Below the pieces are notes generated by a model that saw only the letters and a program-made list of their open reading frames with translations, did not search any database and was not told the origin of the DNA. From NCBI GenBank assembly GCA_965649765.1, contig OZ287756.1, positions 41,788,001 to 41,852,000 on the forward strand: a stretch of 64,000 nucleotides of DNA, in the 5' to 3' direction. This document shows positions 39,101 to 53,133 of the stretch, one piece after another. Each line of letters begins with the position of its first letter. Within the stretch, counting starts at the first letter, position 1. The translations under genes were made by a program, and so were the position numbers. This DNA comes from Bispira polyomma. Its lineage: Eukaryota.

Positions 39101-39480
39101 TACTGTGGGCCGCTGGTTTGATCAACTGTATACAGTGTTTCCTCCAGCATTTCCAACTACCCATCCCAATATAACCTAACCAGGTACTAGAGTGGACATT
39201 AAATATCCAAATAAAAAAAAACAAAAAAAACAAGACATAAACTGGCACAACTTTGGCTGTTAGACTACACTTCCACAATATAGAACATCCTTCATACGGA
39301 CGTCCCACTAAGAGTTCATCGGGATTCATCCCAGATATTGTATGAGACTTTACATTGTACAAATTGTTTTCAAAGAAACTGACCTGTCTACTATGCAACC
39401 AGTGTTGCTGTATAAATACAAAATCATTTTCTATCACACAGGTTGCTATTTCTTCTGCTCTTCCAATCTCCAATAACCCT
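36117..39480 (-). mobile_element. RTE-X/Proto2-like LINE ORF2, decayed, with (TA)n tail
   Basis: EN motifs GGDFN, IDHF and LSDH; PGWNEFV...RTQAQYHYSIR block; QFGFK, GVKQG and AYADD; KAYCMPLYGC.LW. (TA)n at 36117-36153. The clade assignment is tentative. Confidence 0.85.
38983..39233 (+). mobile_element. tRNA-derived SINE (V-domain-like) with 10-bp TSD
   Basis: A box AGTGGCCTAGTGG, B box AGTTCGAATTCC, GTTTCCTCC motif, A-rich tail; TSD GACATAAACT at 38973-38982 and 39234-39243. Confidence 0.9.
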
Positions 39481-39879
39481 TGTCCCACAGAAGGACAAAA
39501 GCATGTCTTTTGCTTATGATATTTGTGTCTCTTTGAAGTGTCCCATCACTGCTTGTTTAATGTTATCACTAGATGCACTCTGCATAGAAAATAAAATGTA
39601 GCCCAAGATTGACTGCACTAGAACTTTGTCTGCGCTATATACACCAGAGTCTAAGCTAGGGTTGTTATCCTCACTAGGAATTTTTTCTCAGTGTTTGTTC
39701 TGTATCTACCTGATCAATTGACAGTCTGTTCTCTACACATGGACCCAGTCTCTGTGCAGCCATGCACAAGCTGCAGAAAAAGTCATCACCAAAGCCAAAT
39801 GTACACTTTGCTCCCTTGCTTTCTTGGGACAAGTAGCCCCCGAAGGTAATCCTGTACAAGCTGGCTTTTCTAATTGGTG

Positions 39880-42800
39880 ATTAGTCGACGTACGTTCGTG
39901 GAGCTGGGCCTAGATTCTTCTATTTTCTCCCGATGTTATGTTTATTTGTTTACATTTATTACTTTAGGTTCATTTTCACTTTTATTTAAATGTTTATTTT
40001 AGGGTTTTTCCAACATCTCAAAAAGATCAACCTGGTAATAAGTCATTAGAAAAAGAAGTTATGTGTAATGAACTTTTATGTTTTTCGCAAAACAAGACAG
40101 ATATACTTCCCCAGCCAATGATAATTAAGCAACTATACACTTTTACAGTGATTGTAAAATTAAATGTGCAAAAGATATCCTATTCAACAAATGTGGGAAT
40201 CTTGTTAACCCTCCTATGCGCAATACTGGACGTACTCGATCTGCTAAAAATAAAAAAACATGTCATAGATATGTATTCACTGCTTGGGAGAATACCTAAG
40301 GATAATCTTCCTGTGCTGCCACCAATCTAGCAAGACTGCCACCCTTTGATCTAAGTACAAATTTCCAGCAAGTCAAAGAGATAAGAAAAGGAGTAACTTC
40401 TGAAAGTAATATGAATAGCTTGGCTTTCGAGTTCCCTGTCATGAAGGCCCGAATACAAGAACTACTCTCTGTCAAAGATGATATTATTGCCATGAAGACT
40501 CAAATAAATGATCTATGTGTTGTAAAGGATACAGTTAAAGGCCTCTCTGAAGCACAGAGCTCTACTAAGGTACAGGGTACCGGAGCCAAATCAGTTATAC
40601 ATACCCCTCCTGGAATAGATTATCAAGGTATAGTCAAGCTGAAACTGTGTGACACTCATGATATTCTATGCCTCCAGGAAATATGGTTAGACAAGGTAGA
40701 ACGTGAAGTTATGAATACATTCAATCCACTATTTAGGGGTTTTGGTGTGTCCCCTGTAGACCCCAGGGATGAGATACTGCACGGTCGTAAACATGGTGGT
40801 GTTGCTTTTTTGTGGAAGGAAACTATTGGCATTATTATCACATCACTTGAGTTTGCTCATGAGTGGGTTGCTGGTATCAAAGTAAGTACAGCTGATAAGG
40901 AATATTACATCATTGGTGTCTACATGCCCTATGAATCCAGTCACAATACTGACAGTTACCTAAGCTGTATTGGTACTTTGCACTTAATCCTAGAAGAACT
41001 TTCATCAGGCTACATCTGTCTAGTTGGAGACTTTAACACAGATTTTAACAGAAAATCTACATTTTCATTCAACCTCATGTTATTTTCTGATGATATTAGC
41101 CTTAAACTTGCTTACAGCCTCCTTCTACCTTTCAATACATACACTTTTACCATTACCTCCTGGTATACAACCTCCTGGATTGATCACTGCTTAGCTGGCA
41201 CTAAAGCTTTTGATACTATTTGTAAGTGTTTTGAAAACTTTATTAGCTCTGATCATAAACCATTGTCTTTCTGTATATCCTGTAGTCATATGATCAGTAA
41301 GAACATCATATCTGATAAACTTGATGACACTCAACCGGGTATCGACTTGAATAAAGTCCCACCTCAACTCTGGGACAAATATAAAGATGCAACTGACTCC
41401 AAGCATTGTAATATAAGTGTGCCAGCTGATACCATTTTGTGTAATAACATGAACTGCACTGATGGTACTCATATTGAAGGTATTAATACACTCTATGAAG
41501 AGTTAATCAATTCACTGTTTTTCACATGCAATGTTTTTAATGATACTGGTGTGAAAAGGAAACAACAATCAAAATGCCTGAGGGTGCCTGGATGGTACAT
41601 TCAAAAAGAGTCACACCAGGCTGCTAGAGATGCTTACCAGCTTTGGAATAACTGTGGCAGGCCTCGTTCAGGCAATGTAGCATTCCTAATACGTCATTCT
41701 AGAGCCATCTTTAAGTATACTCTCCGTGCTTGCAAAAAGCAAGAAGAACAGAAAAGGGCTGATGCTATGGCATGCGAACTCGTGAAAAATGGCTCATTCA
41801 ATACATTTTGGAAAGACATAAAAAAAATTACGAACAGCAAAATGTTTCTTCCATGCTCTGTTGATGGTGTCTCAGGTGACGCAAACATTGCTGAAATGTG
41901 GAGAAAGCATTACCATGATATTTTTTAACAGTGTTTAACCACAAAACTTTGATCTAGCTGTTTTTAATAACTTGGATTACCAACCCTCTTGTGCCATTAC
42001 AAAATCTGAAGTCAAGGAGAGCATTATCAAACTACCAAATGGCAAAGCTGCTGGCTTGGACAATCTCACAGCAGAGCACCTAAAGCACTTCAGTCCCCGT
42101 CTGAAACTAATTATCTCTATGTGTTTCTCTGCTATGTTAGTACATGGATATTTTCCTGATAAAATGATAACAATATTGTTGTGCCTATAATTAAAGACAA
42201 CTGCGGTAAATTGAGTTCCAAGTCAAACTTTTGCCCTATTGGTATAAGTCCTGTATTTTCTAAACTTTTTGAACACATATTACTAAATAGACCAGAGACC
42301 TTCCTGAATACAACAGATAACCAATTTGGTTTTTAACGTAGAAGCTCCACTGACATGTGTATATTTCTTTTGAAAGAGATACTTTAAAACTATAAAGCTC
42401 ATGACACCATTGTTTTTAAACCTTTCTTGATGCCTCTAAAGCATTTGACAGGATAAATCATGAAGTATTGTTCAAATGCTTACTTGAAAGCAATGTCCTT
42501 GCCTATATTATCAGGATACTCCATAACTGGTAATATAGCCAGAAAGTGTGTGTGAGGTGGGGTTCTGTGATATCTTGTGTTTTTTCAACTGCAAATGGAG
42601 TATGTCAGGGAGTAATTCTTTTTCCCCTGCTGTTCAATGTTTATATAGTGCGGGGTAGACCCGTGGGGCTAGTTTGTTCAATGCTACCAGTATTTTGCTT
42701 AACTTATTCCCAGGTTCACGAACTATGAACCCTGTTGTGATTCCCCAGTTTGTACCAATTGACCCCTGTCTTTCCCGCTTTTCTCAGCTTCCAGCACTTT

Positions 42801-45800
42801 CTACATTGAAGTCAAATAGGCAACACGCCATCTTAAATATATATACATTTTATTTTACCTTGTTTTATTTTACATTAGTCTTTTTTTATTGTGACTGTGC
42901 TCTTTACAAAGGACATGTTTCTGAACTCTCTACATTGTGCTACATACTAACAAGGAACTTACGGATCGTTTGCTGATGTTCTTATGTGTTAATTCACACT
43001 CTTGAGTCTTGTGAATATACTGCTCAACGAGCAAATTTAAAGGAAAGTATCAAGTCAAAATTTAGTTGATGGTTCTCTCCATTCTTATCTCAAATTCATA
43101 GATTCACTAGTATATACGCAAGTATCAAGAGATTGAGTTCTTGTCTTATTCAGAGGCTATGGCCCCAAGGAAATTATATGAATGTCAAAAATGTGGCACT
43201 AGTCATGTGAAGCCAGTTGACGATAATTGTACTGTGAACACTTCTGCCGAGGATAGTGAGGACACTGATCCTGATTTGCTGAACTCTGCTCAAACCAGTG
43301 AAGATGTGGCTTCTGCCGACATAAATATGCAAATTCTTAACAAACTGAGAGCCCTAAATGGACACATATCGCTAGTCGAGCAGAAAGTTAATCACGGGGA
43401 GCATAGAGCCCAGTCGTCGAGGGAAACCCCAAGACTGGAGATTTCCGTCCAGGCGCAGACGTCCCGGGCAGCCCAGCTGGAGGAACTACTGATACCCACA
43501 CTGCAGACGCTCCGGACATTCCAGTCGCTACAGACGGCAGTGGACTCCCGCCTCAAAGAATTAGTGGCAATAAATGAATCAGGTATGTGGAAGTCCCAAT
43601 GAGGCGGCACTGAAACTGTTTGGGTGAAAGGTCGCTTGGCCACAAAGTCATATTTTGGGGGGCAAAACAAAGCTAGAGTCTCATATGAATCCCTTTCTAT
43701 GGCACAATGGGTGGCCGGATTTGCTAGTATTGCTAGGGAGGAAAGTAATGTTGAAATTAAAAACCACATGTTGGACTATCTGTCAGATCTCATGGAATGG
43801 CTCTGTCCTGACTTTTCTTGGGGTTGCTATTAGAATTTTGATTTTGTGTCATAACTTTTTGAGCATGAGCCCTTCTTATCCTATCAAGCTTATGGGAGTC
43901 GCCCCAAGAAACCTTCCCCTCCTCCATTTTGCACAAAAGTACAGCATGGCTGCCCTTAGCAGCAGCACAAGAAAAGTCGTGGGAGTCGAGCAGAAGCTTC
44001 CAAAAAGGTTCTTGCCCACATAAAAGTGAACATGAAACCAGGGGTGTGACTTATAGTCATGTCTGCAGCGAGTGTTTTAAGATGGGGCGGTCCTACCCTC
44101 ATCCTGCTAAGGACTGTAGAAAGAACCCCATAAAAAACCAATAAGGCACTGCAGTAATGCAGTGCCAGTTCGTAAAGCTTCTAAACCAACAACAGAATTA
44201 AGGGTAAAAGACTTGGCTTCAAGCCAACATTGTTTTCAAACTAGATTTGTACATAATAGTATTGGTGTCCAGTGCAGTACCTCTTGGAGAGCCGACTGGG
44301 CTCGTTTTAAAAATAAATCTTATTGAGAAGTAACAAAAGGTTCTGGTTCCCCCAGAGGTGCTGCCAGTAATAAAGGTGTAAATATTGTAAATGTTGACAA
44401 AGTGCACAGTTACCAGTCTATAAATGTATTGCTAAGTGTGTTTAAATGTAAAGTTGCAGGTGCAGCAAGTAATGGCTCGAGAGTCAGGTTATGTAAAAAT
44501 CCAATGAACCAGGGAAAACATCCCAGGGCTAAGATCCCACCGATAACTTGTACACAAGTGATGTCTAGACATCACACAAACGTCACTCGCTGGGAGCTTA
44601 AGGTCCCTCTGATTAAATGTCAAACAAGGGTGTCACATTCTCCCTCTACACCACACAAAGTGAATGGGGATGGGGGGGGTATCAAAACCCCATAATAAAA
44701 GGCCCTCAAGTGGTTCCTCCCAAACAAAGTCATTGGGTACTGTTAACCTATAATAGATTTGCACCTCTAAGGGGGGATTCAGAAAAATGACACTCTGGCC
44801 AGTGACATTATTAACACGAACAAACCAAATACTGCCACAAATACAAGCACACAATATACCCCAGAAAGAAAACAAACGAGTATACCTGTAGGCAGCAACA
44901 ATATTAGGCAGTCAAATACGGATAAGTATGACCTGGAATTACAGGTAAAGCTTAAAACTAAAGATCTAGTCAGAAACGCCCATAATGTACCACAGTTTCA
45001 GCAATGGGATGCTCAAACCTCAGATAAGTATGGTTTCATTCCACTAAGTGAATTACAACTACCAAAAACCGACAAACAAGTCAGGTCTGAGGCTTCCCTG
45101 CTGGAACTTCGCGATGTCATTAAAAGTGAGAAGTGCCCAAATTTTATGGGTCCCCAAATACAAGTGGCCTTTGAGCTTAACCCTGACGTTTGGCAAAATT
45201 ACTTGGTAAATTATTGGGATAAACAACTACCATTCCAGATAAGGTATGGTTTTCCTCTTGATTTTCAACAGAATAGTAAAATTTCGCATAAAGAGCAAAA
45301 TCATCAGTCGGCAACAATGTATCCTGATTACGTCAGAGCGTACTGCATTTTGGAGCCATGTTAGGCCCCTTTGACGAAATTTCAATAAAAAATATGCACA
45401 TCTCACCCTTCATGACGCAAGAGAAACCGGAGGCTCATAGAAGAGTTATAATCAACCTTAGTTTTCCCCACGGGGAATCAGTTAATTCGGCAGTTGCCAA
45501 AGATAAATACTTAGATACCTCATCTGCCCTCACACTGCCTACTATTGATACCATTACTAACAAAATTTCACGTCTAGGCTGGGGTACTCTTTTGTATAAA
45601 ATTGACGTCAGCCGCGCGTTCCGTCATGTGAAGATGGACCCGGCTGACTACAACCTGTTAGGCTTAAAACTTGATAAATACTATGTGGACTCTTGTCTGC
45701 CCTTCGGATTTCGGCATGGTAGCGCCATTTTTCAGCACCTAAACGACGCCATCAGATACATTATGAGGAATCACGGCCATGACGTCACCAAATATATCGA

Positions 45801-48515
45801 CGACGTGATTGGTTATGGTTACGTCACAGGTAGTAAACAGTCATTTGATATGCTTTACAAGCTACTACAAGAACTAGGTTTTGCCCTGAGTCATAAAAAA
45901 TTGGTACATCCAAGTACCTCAGTCGCCTGCCTGGGGGTACTAGTTAACACGGAAGATCTGACCGTATCGCTTCCAGACGATAAACTCACAGAGATTACAG
46001 CCTTAGTGCAAGACTGGCATCACAAAAACACATGAACTAAACGTGAACTCCAGTCCCTTTTAGGGAAATTATTATATGTGTCAAAATGTGTCAGGGTCTC
46101 ACGGGTATTCTTAAATCGTATGCTAGATGTGCTTAGATCAGTCGGGGCTGATCAAAAAGTCCAACTTGCTCCCCAGTTCCACTAAGATGTCAATTGGTTT
46201 CAAAATTTTTTGCCAAAATTCAATGGTAAGGCTTTCTTCGAGCATGAACCTACTACTGATTGTATACAGCTAGATGCCTGCCTCCAAGGGCTGGGGGGGG
46301 GGCGTTGTAACAATGAAATTTATCAGTTCCAAATTCCTCTTGGTTATCTTGATTTAACCATAGTCCATCTTGAAATGCTTAACATTTTGGTAGCAATCAG
46401 GCTATGAAAGTCGACCTGGGCTGGAAAACGCTTAATAATTTAATGTGACAATGCAGCTGTAGTCAAAATTCTTAACTCGGGTAAAACCAAAGACCTTACC
46501 TTGGCAGCAATTGCCAGGAATATTTTTATGGAAGTCGCATCAGTGGACATTAGCCTTAAAACTATATACATATTAGGTAAATTAAACACAGTTGCTGACC
46601 TGTTATCTAGGTGGCACCTCACCTCTGATAGCAATACTAAATTACTAGAACTATTACCTAGACCCAAGTGGCAGAAAGTCACTGACGCCATGCTAGAAAT
46701 TGACTGGTCTATTTAAAATTACAGATGCTCCTTCCCAGTTAAGGAAGATAGTCACACAAGCTTCACACAGATTACATCAGACCTGCTACTGACAGAGCTT
46801 ATACAAACATGTTTAGAGTTTTCTTGGCCTTCTGCAGTTTTGCTCAGGTCAGACCTCAGTTTATCTCTCCTTGTATTATTCTTGGAAGTTCTTGTGGTTA
46901 ACCAGGTTTCTTCACCCTCTATAGCAAATTATCTCTCAGCAATTAAAGCAAAAATGTTACTGTCGGCTTGGATATGTTAGCATTTGCAGATCCTTGCATT
47001 AAATATTTTCAGAAGGCTGTAGTACTTAACAGCCCCTTTAGAGCTAAGATCAAAGCAATAATAGATGTACCTCTTCTGCAACAAATCATTCAAATTTGTG
47101 ATACTATGTACATGGGCCTGGTGTTTAAGGCTGTGTACCTTGTGGCCTTTTTCTTTTTTCTTAGAACTTCAAATCTGGTTCCCCATGCACCTGGACGTCG
47201 GATTGTGTGTGGAGATATATCGTCCAGGACCACAATGCCTCTGAGCAGGTGGCCCTCACCTTCAAGGCCCAACTTTCTAGACGTACTACTCTCTAATTGG
47301 GCTTTGGGGCTTTATTTACATTTCATACAAATAAAATATACTTTAATGTTAAATATATACTTAGGGCCACCTTACAACCCTTATTTCCAATGACTTATAC
47401 ATATATATTTCTAAATCTGCTGGCAACCTTAAACTAACTTAAGGTTACCTTAACTCTTCAAAATTAAACCTTTCTTTCTGCTAACCCTAACTTAAAGTTA
47501 GGGTTACACTTAAAATCTAAATCTTAAACTCAATGTTAGGTAACCCTAACCTCAAAGTAGGGCTACCCTAAACTCAAACCTTTTCCACCTTAACCTCAAA
47601 CTGGTAGGTTAAGGTCACCTTAATTTTCTTAACCTTAAACTCAGGTGCTATGGTGGTCCTAACTTGAGTATGTTTATAATTGTTAGATATAATGTAGCAA
47701 TAGTTAAACTAACTGGCCCAATCTATGTGTTATTACTTACCCGTGTTATACCACTTACCAAGTCACTCTGGGTAGGGCACTGACAGATTAAGCGTAAAAT
47801 TAAACTGCTTGTCAAATGGATGTTTATTTAATGAATACATTATAAATCATCTTGTATATGCTGATGATATAGTTTTTTTCCCCTTCTGTAAAATGTCTAC
47901 AAACTCTTGTTAATACCTGCTAAGAATTTAGTGACAACAATGATATTATTTTTAATTAGTGCAAGTCAGTCTGTATATATATCCTATGTAATAATGACAG
48001 GAACCTTAGTGTGCCTTTTTCTCAAGTCCTTCTTGGAACTAATGTGTTTAAAATGGTTGATATCTTGGTCACTATATTACAGACAATTTATGTGATGATG
48101 AAGATATAAAGAAACAAACAAGAAGTAATTATTCCAGAGGAAATATGTATGAGTATTTACAAAAAGCTTGTGGTATCTTCCAACAATAGTTTTAGGACTT
48201 TATTTAAGTATCCAACTTATTGCATTGCATCTGAAATGTTTGTCCGACATAGAATTCGGTCTTCACAGAATTTTGAACTGTAATAACAAGTTTATTGGTG
48301 ACCATTATTTTAGTTACATATCTAAATATTCAAAAGTAATTGCTCTATGGAATGACTGTATATATGTAAAATAGTATGATGTATGTACTTAAGCAACTTA
48401 TATAGTTGTGCATATTTATGTACATCTAATATATTATTAATATATATCCTTATTCTTTTTTGTTATATGGACCATCATGTATGTCTGAAATAAAGTTATT
48501 CAATCAATCAATCAA
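39880..48515 (+). mobile_element. RTE-X/Proto2-like LINE (ORF1 remnant plus ORF2), split by element 4
   Basis: ORF1-like CNELLCF..NK; EN motifs CLQEIW, GDFN and SDH; RT motifs AFDRINH and GVCQG..LFNVYI, resuming at 47783 (DRLS...YADD); AATAAA plus (TCAA)n tail at 48489-48515. Confidence 0.85.
42649..47782 (+). mobile_element. YR retrotransposon 'element 4' (gag, RT, RNase H, internally deleted YR)
   Basis: gag at 43159-44144; RT at 45146-46035 (KIDVSRAF, LPFG, YIDD); RNase H LDACLQG and HLEMLN; YR at 46725-47290 (FLRTSNL). Ends TGC...CACTG as in elements 1 and 3, and it interrupts the LINE RT without a TSD. Confidence 0.9.
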
Positions 48516-50524
48516 TACATTAAAAACTGACAATGTCAATAATATTCTACCTGTCAATAAAATGCAGAACAGTAATAGCAATCAATATAATATTTATGTA
48601 ATGAAAGATGTTAATTCGCAGACTATGCATACTGATGATAATTTGGGTTAAATAATGATATGAACATTCAAGACTGTAATGATGTTGTCAGAGGCTGCAA
48701 TGATATTTATGGAGACAATGACAGTTATAACCATACATGGTATAATGACATAGGTTATTCAGCTACTATGTCTATTTGTAACTGGCCTAGTGAATGTATT
48801 CACAATCCAGGAAATATTGTATACCTAAATGTGCATAACTTGCCAATGGCTTCCGGTTTCTGTTACCGAAACTTTAATGATATTGACCGTTCTCATTTCT
48901 TCAGTTTGTGTGTACAAGTTCCTGATTCTTACTTAAAAATCAAATTTGTCACAGAGGTGACAACATTGATTGATCCAACTCACTGGGCTTACAATTAGTA
49001 CACTTAAGAGCAAAAACAAGACGCGAATCTAGTCCATTACTACCATAACAGCGATCTGGAATGCAAAGGCAAATATGGCTGTGATTACACACACTACATT
49101 GAAAAACTGATTGATGACACTATTGATAATGGTGATTCAACTGGGGTCGATAATAATGCACCCAGGCTGGACACCACTGCTAGAGCTGACAATGCTAGTG
49201 TGACGTACGTCCGTTCTTGTCACAAACAAGCTACAACCGAGACAGTGAATATTTTGCTAGATTGATAAACAACCACAAGACATACGACTCCTCTACCAAA
49301 AGTAAGGCTACTGACATTCATGACAACACTAAAGATGTGGGTTTTATTAAGTTATCAAATACAGATTTTGAATACATTGACCCGGATAGGGAACCAATTA
49401 CAATAACTAATGTTGATAATATGCTAGAAATAGCCAAAACCATTATAGACACAAGCGTTTCCAAATATAGTGCCGCTAGAATTCCACTTAGCTATGGCCT
49501 CAATATTAAGGTTTGGGGGGACCTCCTCAAGGGCCACCATGATAAGATCTTATTGCAGTACTTGAAGTTTGGTTTTCCCCTCTCACTTGAAAACCCTCAA
49601 CTACTTTATAACAACTATTCAAACAATCATCACTCGGCTATGCAATACCCCCAGGAGGTGAACAAATACCTTGAAAAAGAAAAGTCTAAGGGTGCCATAT
49701 TGGGCCCAGTTCCAAAAATTCCAGATACACATTTCTACGCCTCTCCTCTACTGACTAGACCTAAGACCATTGATAAGCATAGAATTATTCTCAACTTATC
49801 CCTTCCTCATGACCTTTCTGTAAACAGTCAGGTTCATGGAGATATTTTTGACAAAACTAAGTTTGCCCTTAGATTTCCTAATATAGATTATATTACTGCA
49901 GCAATCAGAAATACCAGGAAACCAGTTATATTCAAAATGGACAGGCTAGATCCTGCTGACGCGATCAACCTGGGTATAAATTAGAACAATTATTCTTACG
50001 TCGACCCTGCCATGACATTCGGCTGGGCGCACAGAAGCACGGCATTTCAGCATTGCTTAGACATTGTTGCTGATTATATAAATTCACAGGGCTATACACT
50101 CTTTTGTTACATTGATGATTATGCTTGTGCCTGTACAAAAGATAAGGCTGAGAAAGGCTATGACCTAATTCAGACTTCTGAAGCTGGGTCTACCCATTAA
50201 TAACGGGAAATCTCTCCCCTGATACTTTCACTACATTCTTAGGCATAGACATTGATATTGAAAAGGGTAGCATTAGTATCAACCAAGAAAAGATAAACCA
50301 AATTTACCAAGAACTACAGACTATTAGTGATAAATCCTGGTACCAAGGACTAAGTACCAATCTATGTTGGAAAAACTCATTTACACTTTCTTCTAGCATT
50401 AAACCCGAGAAAAAAGGGATTTTTGACATCCAGTTACTTTAAAATATATTAAGAACCTGCTCTATCTTGAACGACCCCTTATTGTTTAGGGCTATATTTC
50501 TGGTAGCATTCTTTGGCTTCTTAA

Positions 50525-51408
50525 GGCTTTAGTAACGTAAACACAAAAAGATGACGGTGATAAAGTATGATGGTTTACGAATGCCCATTTCTACAGTGTA
50601 TACTATGATGGCTTTAAAAGTATACTTTAGTGAGGTAATTAACTATTCTTATATGTTCAGACAAATTAAAAGGTTAACACTTTGCCATAAAACTATAAAA
50701 CCACCCATATACCAATCCTTGTATTGTGACGTCACACAATTTGAAATCTATAGTGGAACGTCATATTTGTAAACAATTCTCCCAGAGACCTTTCTATTGT
50801 GACACAATATAAGTATTGATCCAACACAAATGCAGACATTATATATGCTAAACAACTGTAGAAAACATGTATATTATTTTGAATGAATTACATTTTTAAA
50901 TAGGTTTCCCTATTTTATTTAAACAAAGAATAAAAATATCTTTCTGTTTAGAAGAGAGTAACTTTGATGGTTTTCTGAAATTATCAGTGTTTTTGTGCTT
51001 TATTTGAAAAACTAATTCATTCAAAATAATGCTGATGTTTTCCTTTTTCAATTCATGTACAATACTTCAGTATTGATCCCTTCTTGGTATATGAATTGTG
51101 TCACGTTTGTGAAGCATGTACTTTGAAAATATTACCCATTTTGGTTACAATATGACACACTGCTATATGTATTGTATGTCTCAAGATATCTATTGAAATA
51201 ATACATAAAATCTATAAATTAGTATATAATTAAAATATAAGTCTAAAATTAAAGTCATTCTTTATTTTTTCTAATCATGACAATGTAAATATATCATCCA
51301 TAAATCGGGTTTTAGGCCACAAAGAAAAAGTTGTGTAGTTTCTGAGAAGCTCGAGCGCACATAACGTGATTATCGGCGATTGTTTTATGTGTTTACGTCA
51401 CTAAACCC
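50525..51408. mobile_element. Non-autonomous DNA transposon with TTAA TSD (Kolobok-like), inserted in the YR gene of element 3
   Basis: TTAA at 50521-50524 and 51409-51412; TIR GG(C/G)TTTAGT(A/G)ACGTAAACAC; removal restores FGFLRISNI. Confidence 0.85.
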
Positions 51409-53133
51409 TTAAGGATATCAAACATTGTCCCTTACTCTAGAATCAAATTTGATCTCACTAGACATCTCTTAAGACAGGACATAACCTTATCCTCACCTTA
51501 TCCTTGAATGAGCCAAAAAGCATGCAGAATAGAACCAACACACATGTGGTTCAACTTCCTGTTCTTAAAAACAAATTACTTTGTCCAGTATCTGCACTTA
51601 CGCAGCTCCTCCATTCTAGAGATCTATCTCCTTCTGCTCCTCTTTTTGTAGCATCCTCCTCACCTCACCTACCAGTTATTGACTCTCATATTAGATCTAC
51701 ACTAAAGACTGTGTACTTAGGGGTGAACCATAGTTACCATGGTTTCCACACTTTCCTTAGGTTGAGGGCATCCCTCGCTTTCGATAACAATGTCTCACTA
51801 CAGCACATAATGTCCCACGGGCTCTGGCAAAGCTCAGCCATATGGGCTTATCTTCAGCACTCTTTATCCCGAGCAGCTGTAGTCCCAGTCACCTTTGCCT
51901 CCATTATTCCCCCTTTAGTTTGGGTTTGGGTTTATTTTAAAATTTTAATCAAGTTAAATTTTAAACTTCTCTTTTCATCAACGTGTATGTAGAGCTAACA
52001 TGTACAGAGTAAAACTTTCTCCAAATAATATCTCTCACATTGAATATACTTCAAGATCATTTCACTCTCACTTGGTAACTGTGCATATCACAACCAATAG
52101 GGGTCTGATAGTTCAGTTCCCAACCAACCTCTCTTATTTTTACACTGCCTTAACTAATTTAGGTATCTTGTCCTTTCTTCTCTCACTCCTATTGTAGTGG
52201 CCAATTAAGGGGCCTCTCTCTTTTACCTTTCTGCACTCCCTGCTGAATTCCACCATATTGATTTAAGTCATTCAGCGGTCAACATTAAGACAATTTTAAA
52301 TATTCCCACCTTGCTCCCCTTTTATTACCTCCAGTTATTGTATCTATTTCTACTGTTGCGGTGGTATGGCCACTCTCTTTATTCCCAGGCTTATACAGGG
52401 ATTTATTATTATGCATTTCTGTGTCTTGGGCTAGTCCCACTCACAGTGTTTCCTTCCATGCTAGTCATGTTATGGGTTTATTTTAAAATTTTACTCAAGT
52501 TAAATTTTAAACTACTCTTTTTATCAATGTGTATATAGAACTAATATGTACAGAATAAAACTTTTTTCAAACAAATAATACTTCTCACATTGAATTTACT
52601 TCAAGGTCATTTCACTCTCACTTGGGAACTGACAGTATTACTGCAAATTGTATAGTGTATATTATAAAACTGCCAGGGCCACAGGTGCATTGGCAAACCT
52701 AGCCGGCAAACGTGGGTTTGGCTACGGCACCAATTCGCCTAGCAGAGGTAAGTCCTACCTCCCAGCGCTCCCATCATGGCAGCTCATGTACAAGATGAAT
52801 AGGGGAGAAGAGTAGGGGAGAGGAGCCCCCTCCACATGTTACCGGTACCGACCCATTTGAGGCTGACCAGGATGATAAGTTTGTATATACCAATGACCCG
52901 CAAAAACTAAGAAACTACTAAAATAAGACATGTAAAACAAGCTAATATATTATCTTGGCAGAGCTTGGATTTACTTACAAAAAAAAGTTACAAAAACATT
53001 TTGCCTTTGCAAATGTTAACATTTAGCTTGAAAAGGGCTGATTACTCCGAATATTGCACATTATCCAAGCCCCATTGTTTTATGTGGAACGTAGGGTGAG
53101 TAGAAAATTGTTCTGGCTTTTAACCATTGTTTT

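Larger units (their letters stand above)
30557..52631 (+). mobile_element. Ngaro-type YR retrotransposon 'element 3', expanded by nested insertions
   Basis: A1 (30557-30732) matches part of A2 (52082-52303), and B1 (~51923-52081) matches B2 (~52473-52631). gag at 30830-31911, RT at 49217-50380, YR at 50385-51920 (HTFLR..ASLAF, HGLWQSSAIWAY). Confidence 0.85.
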
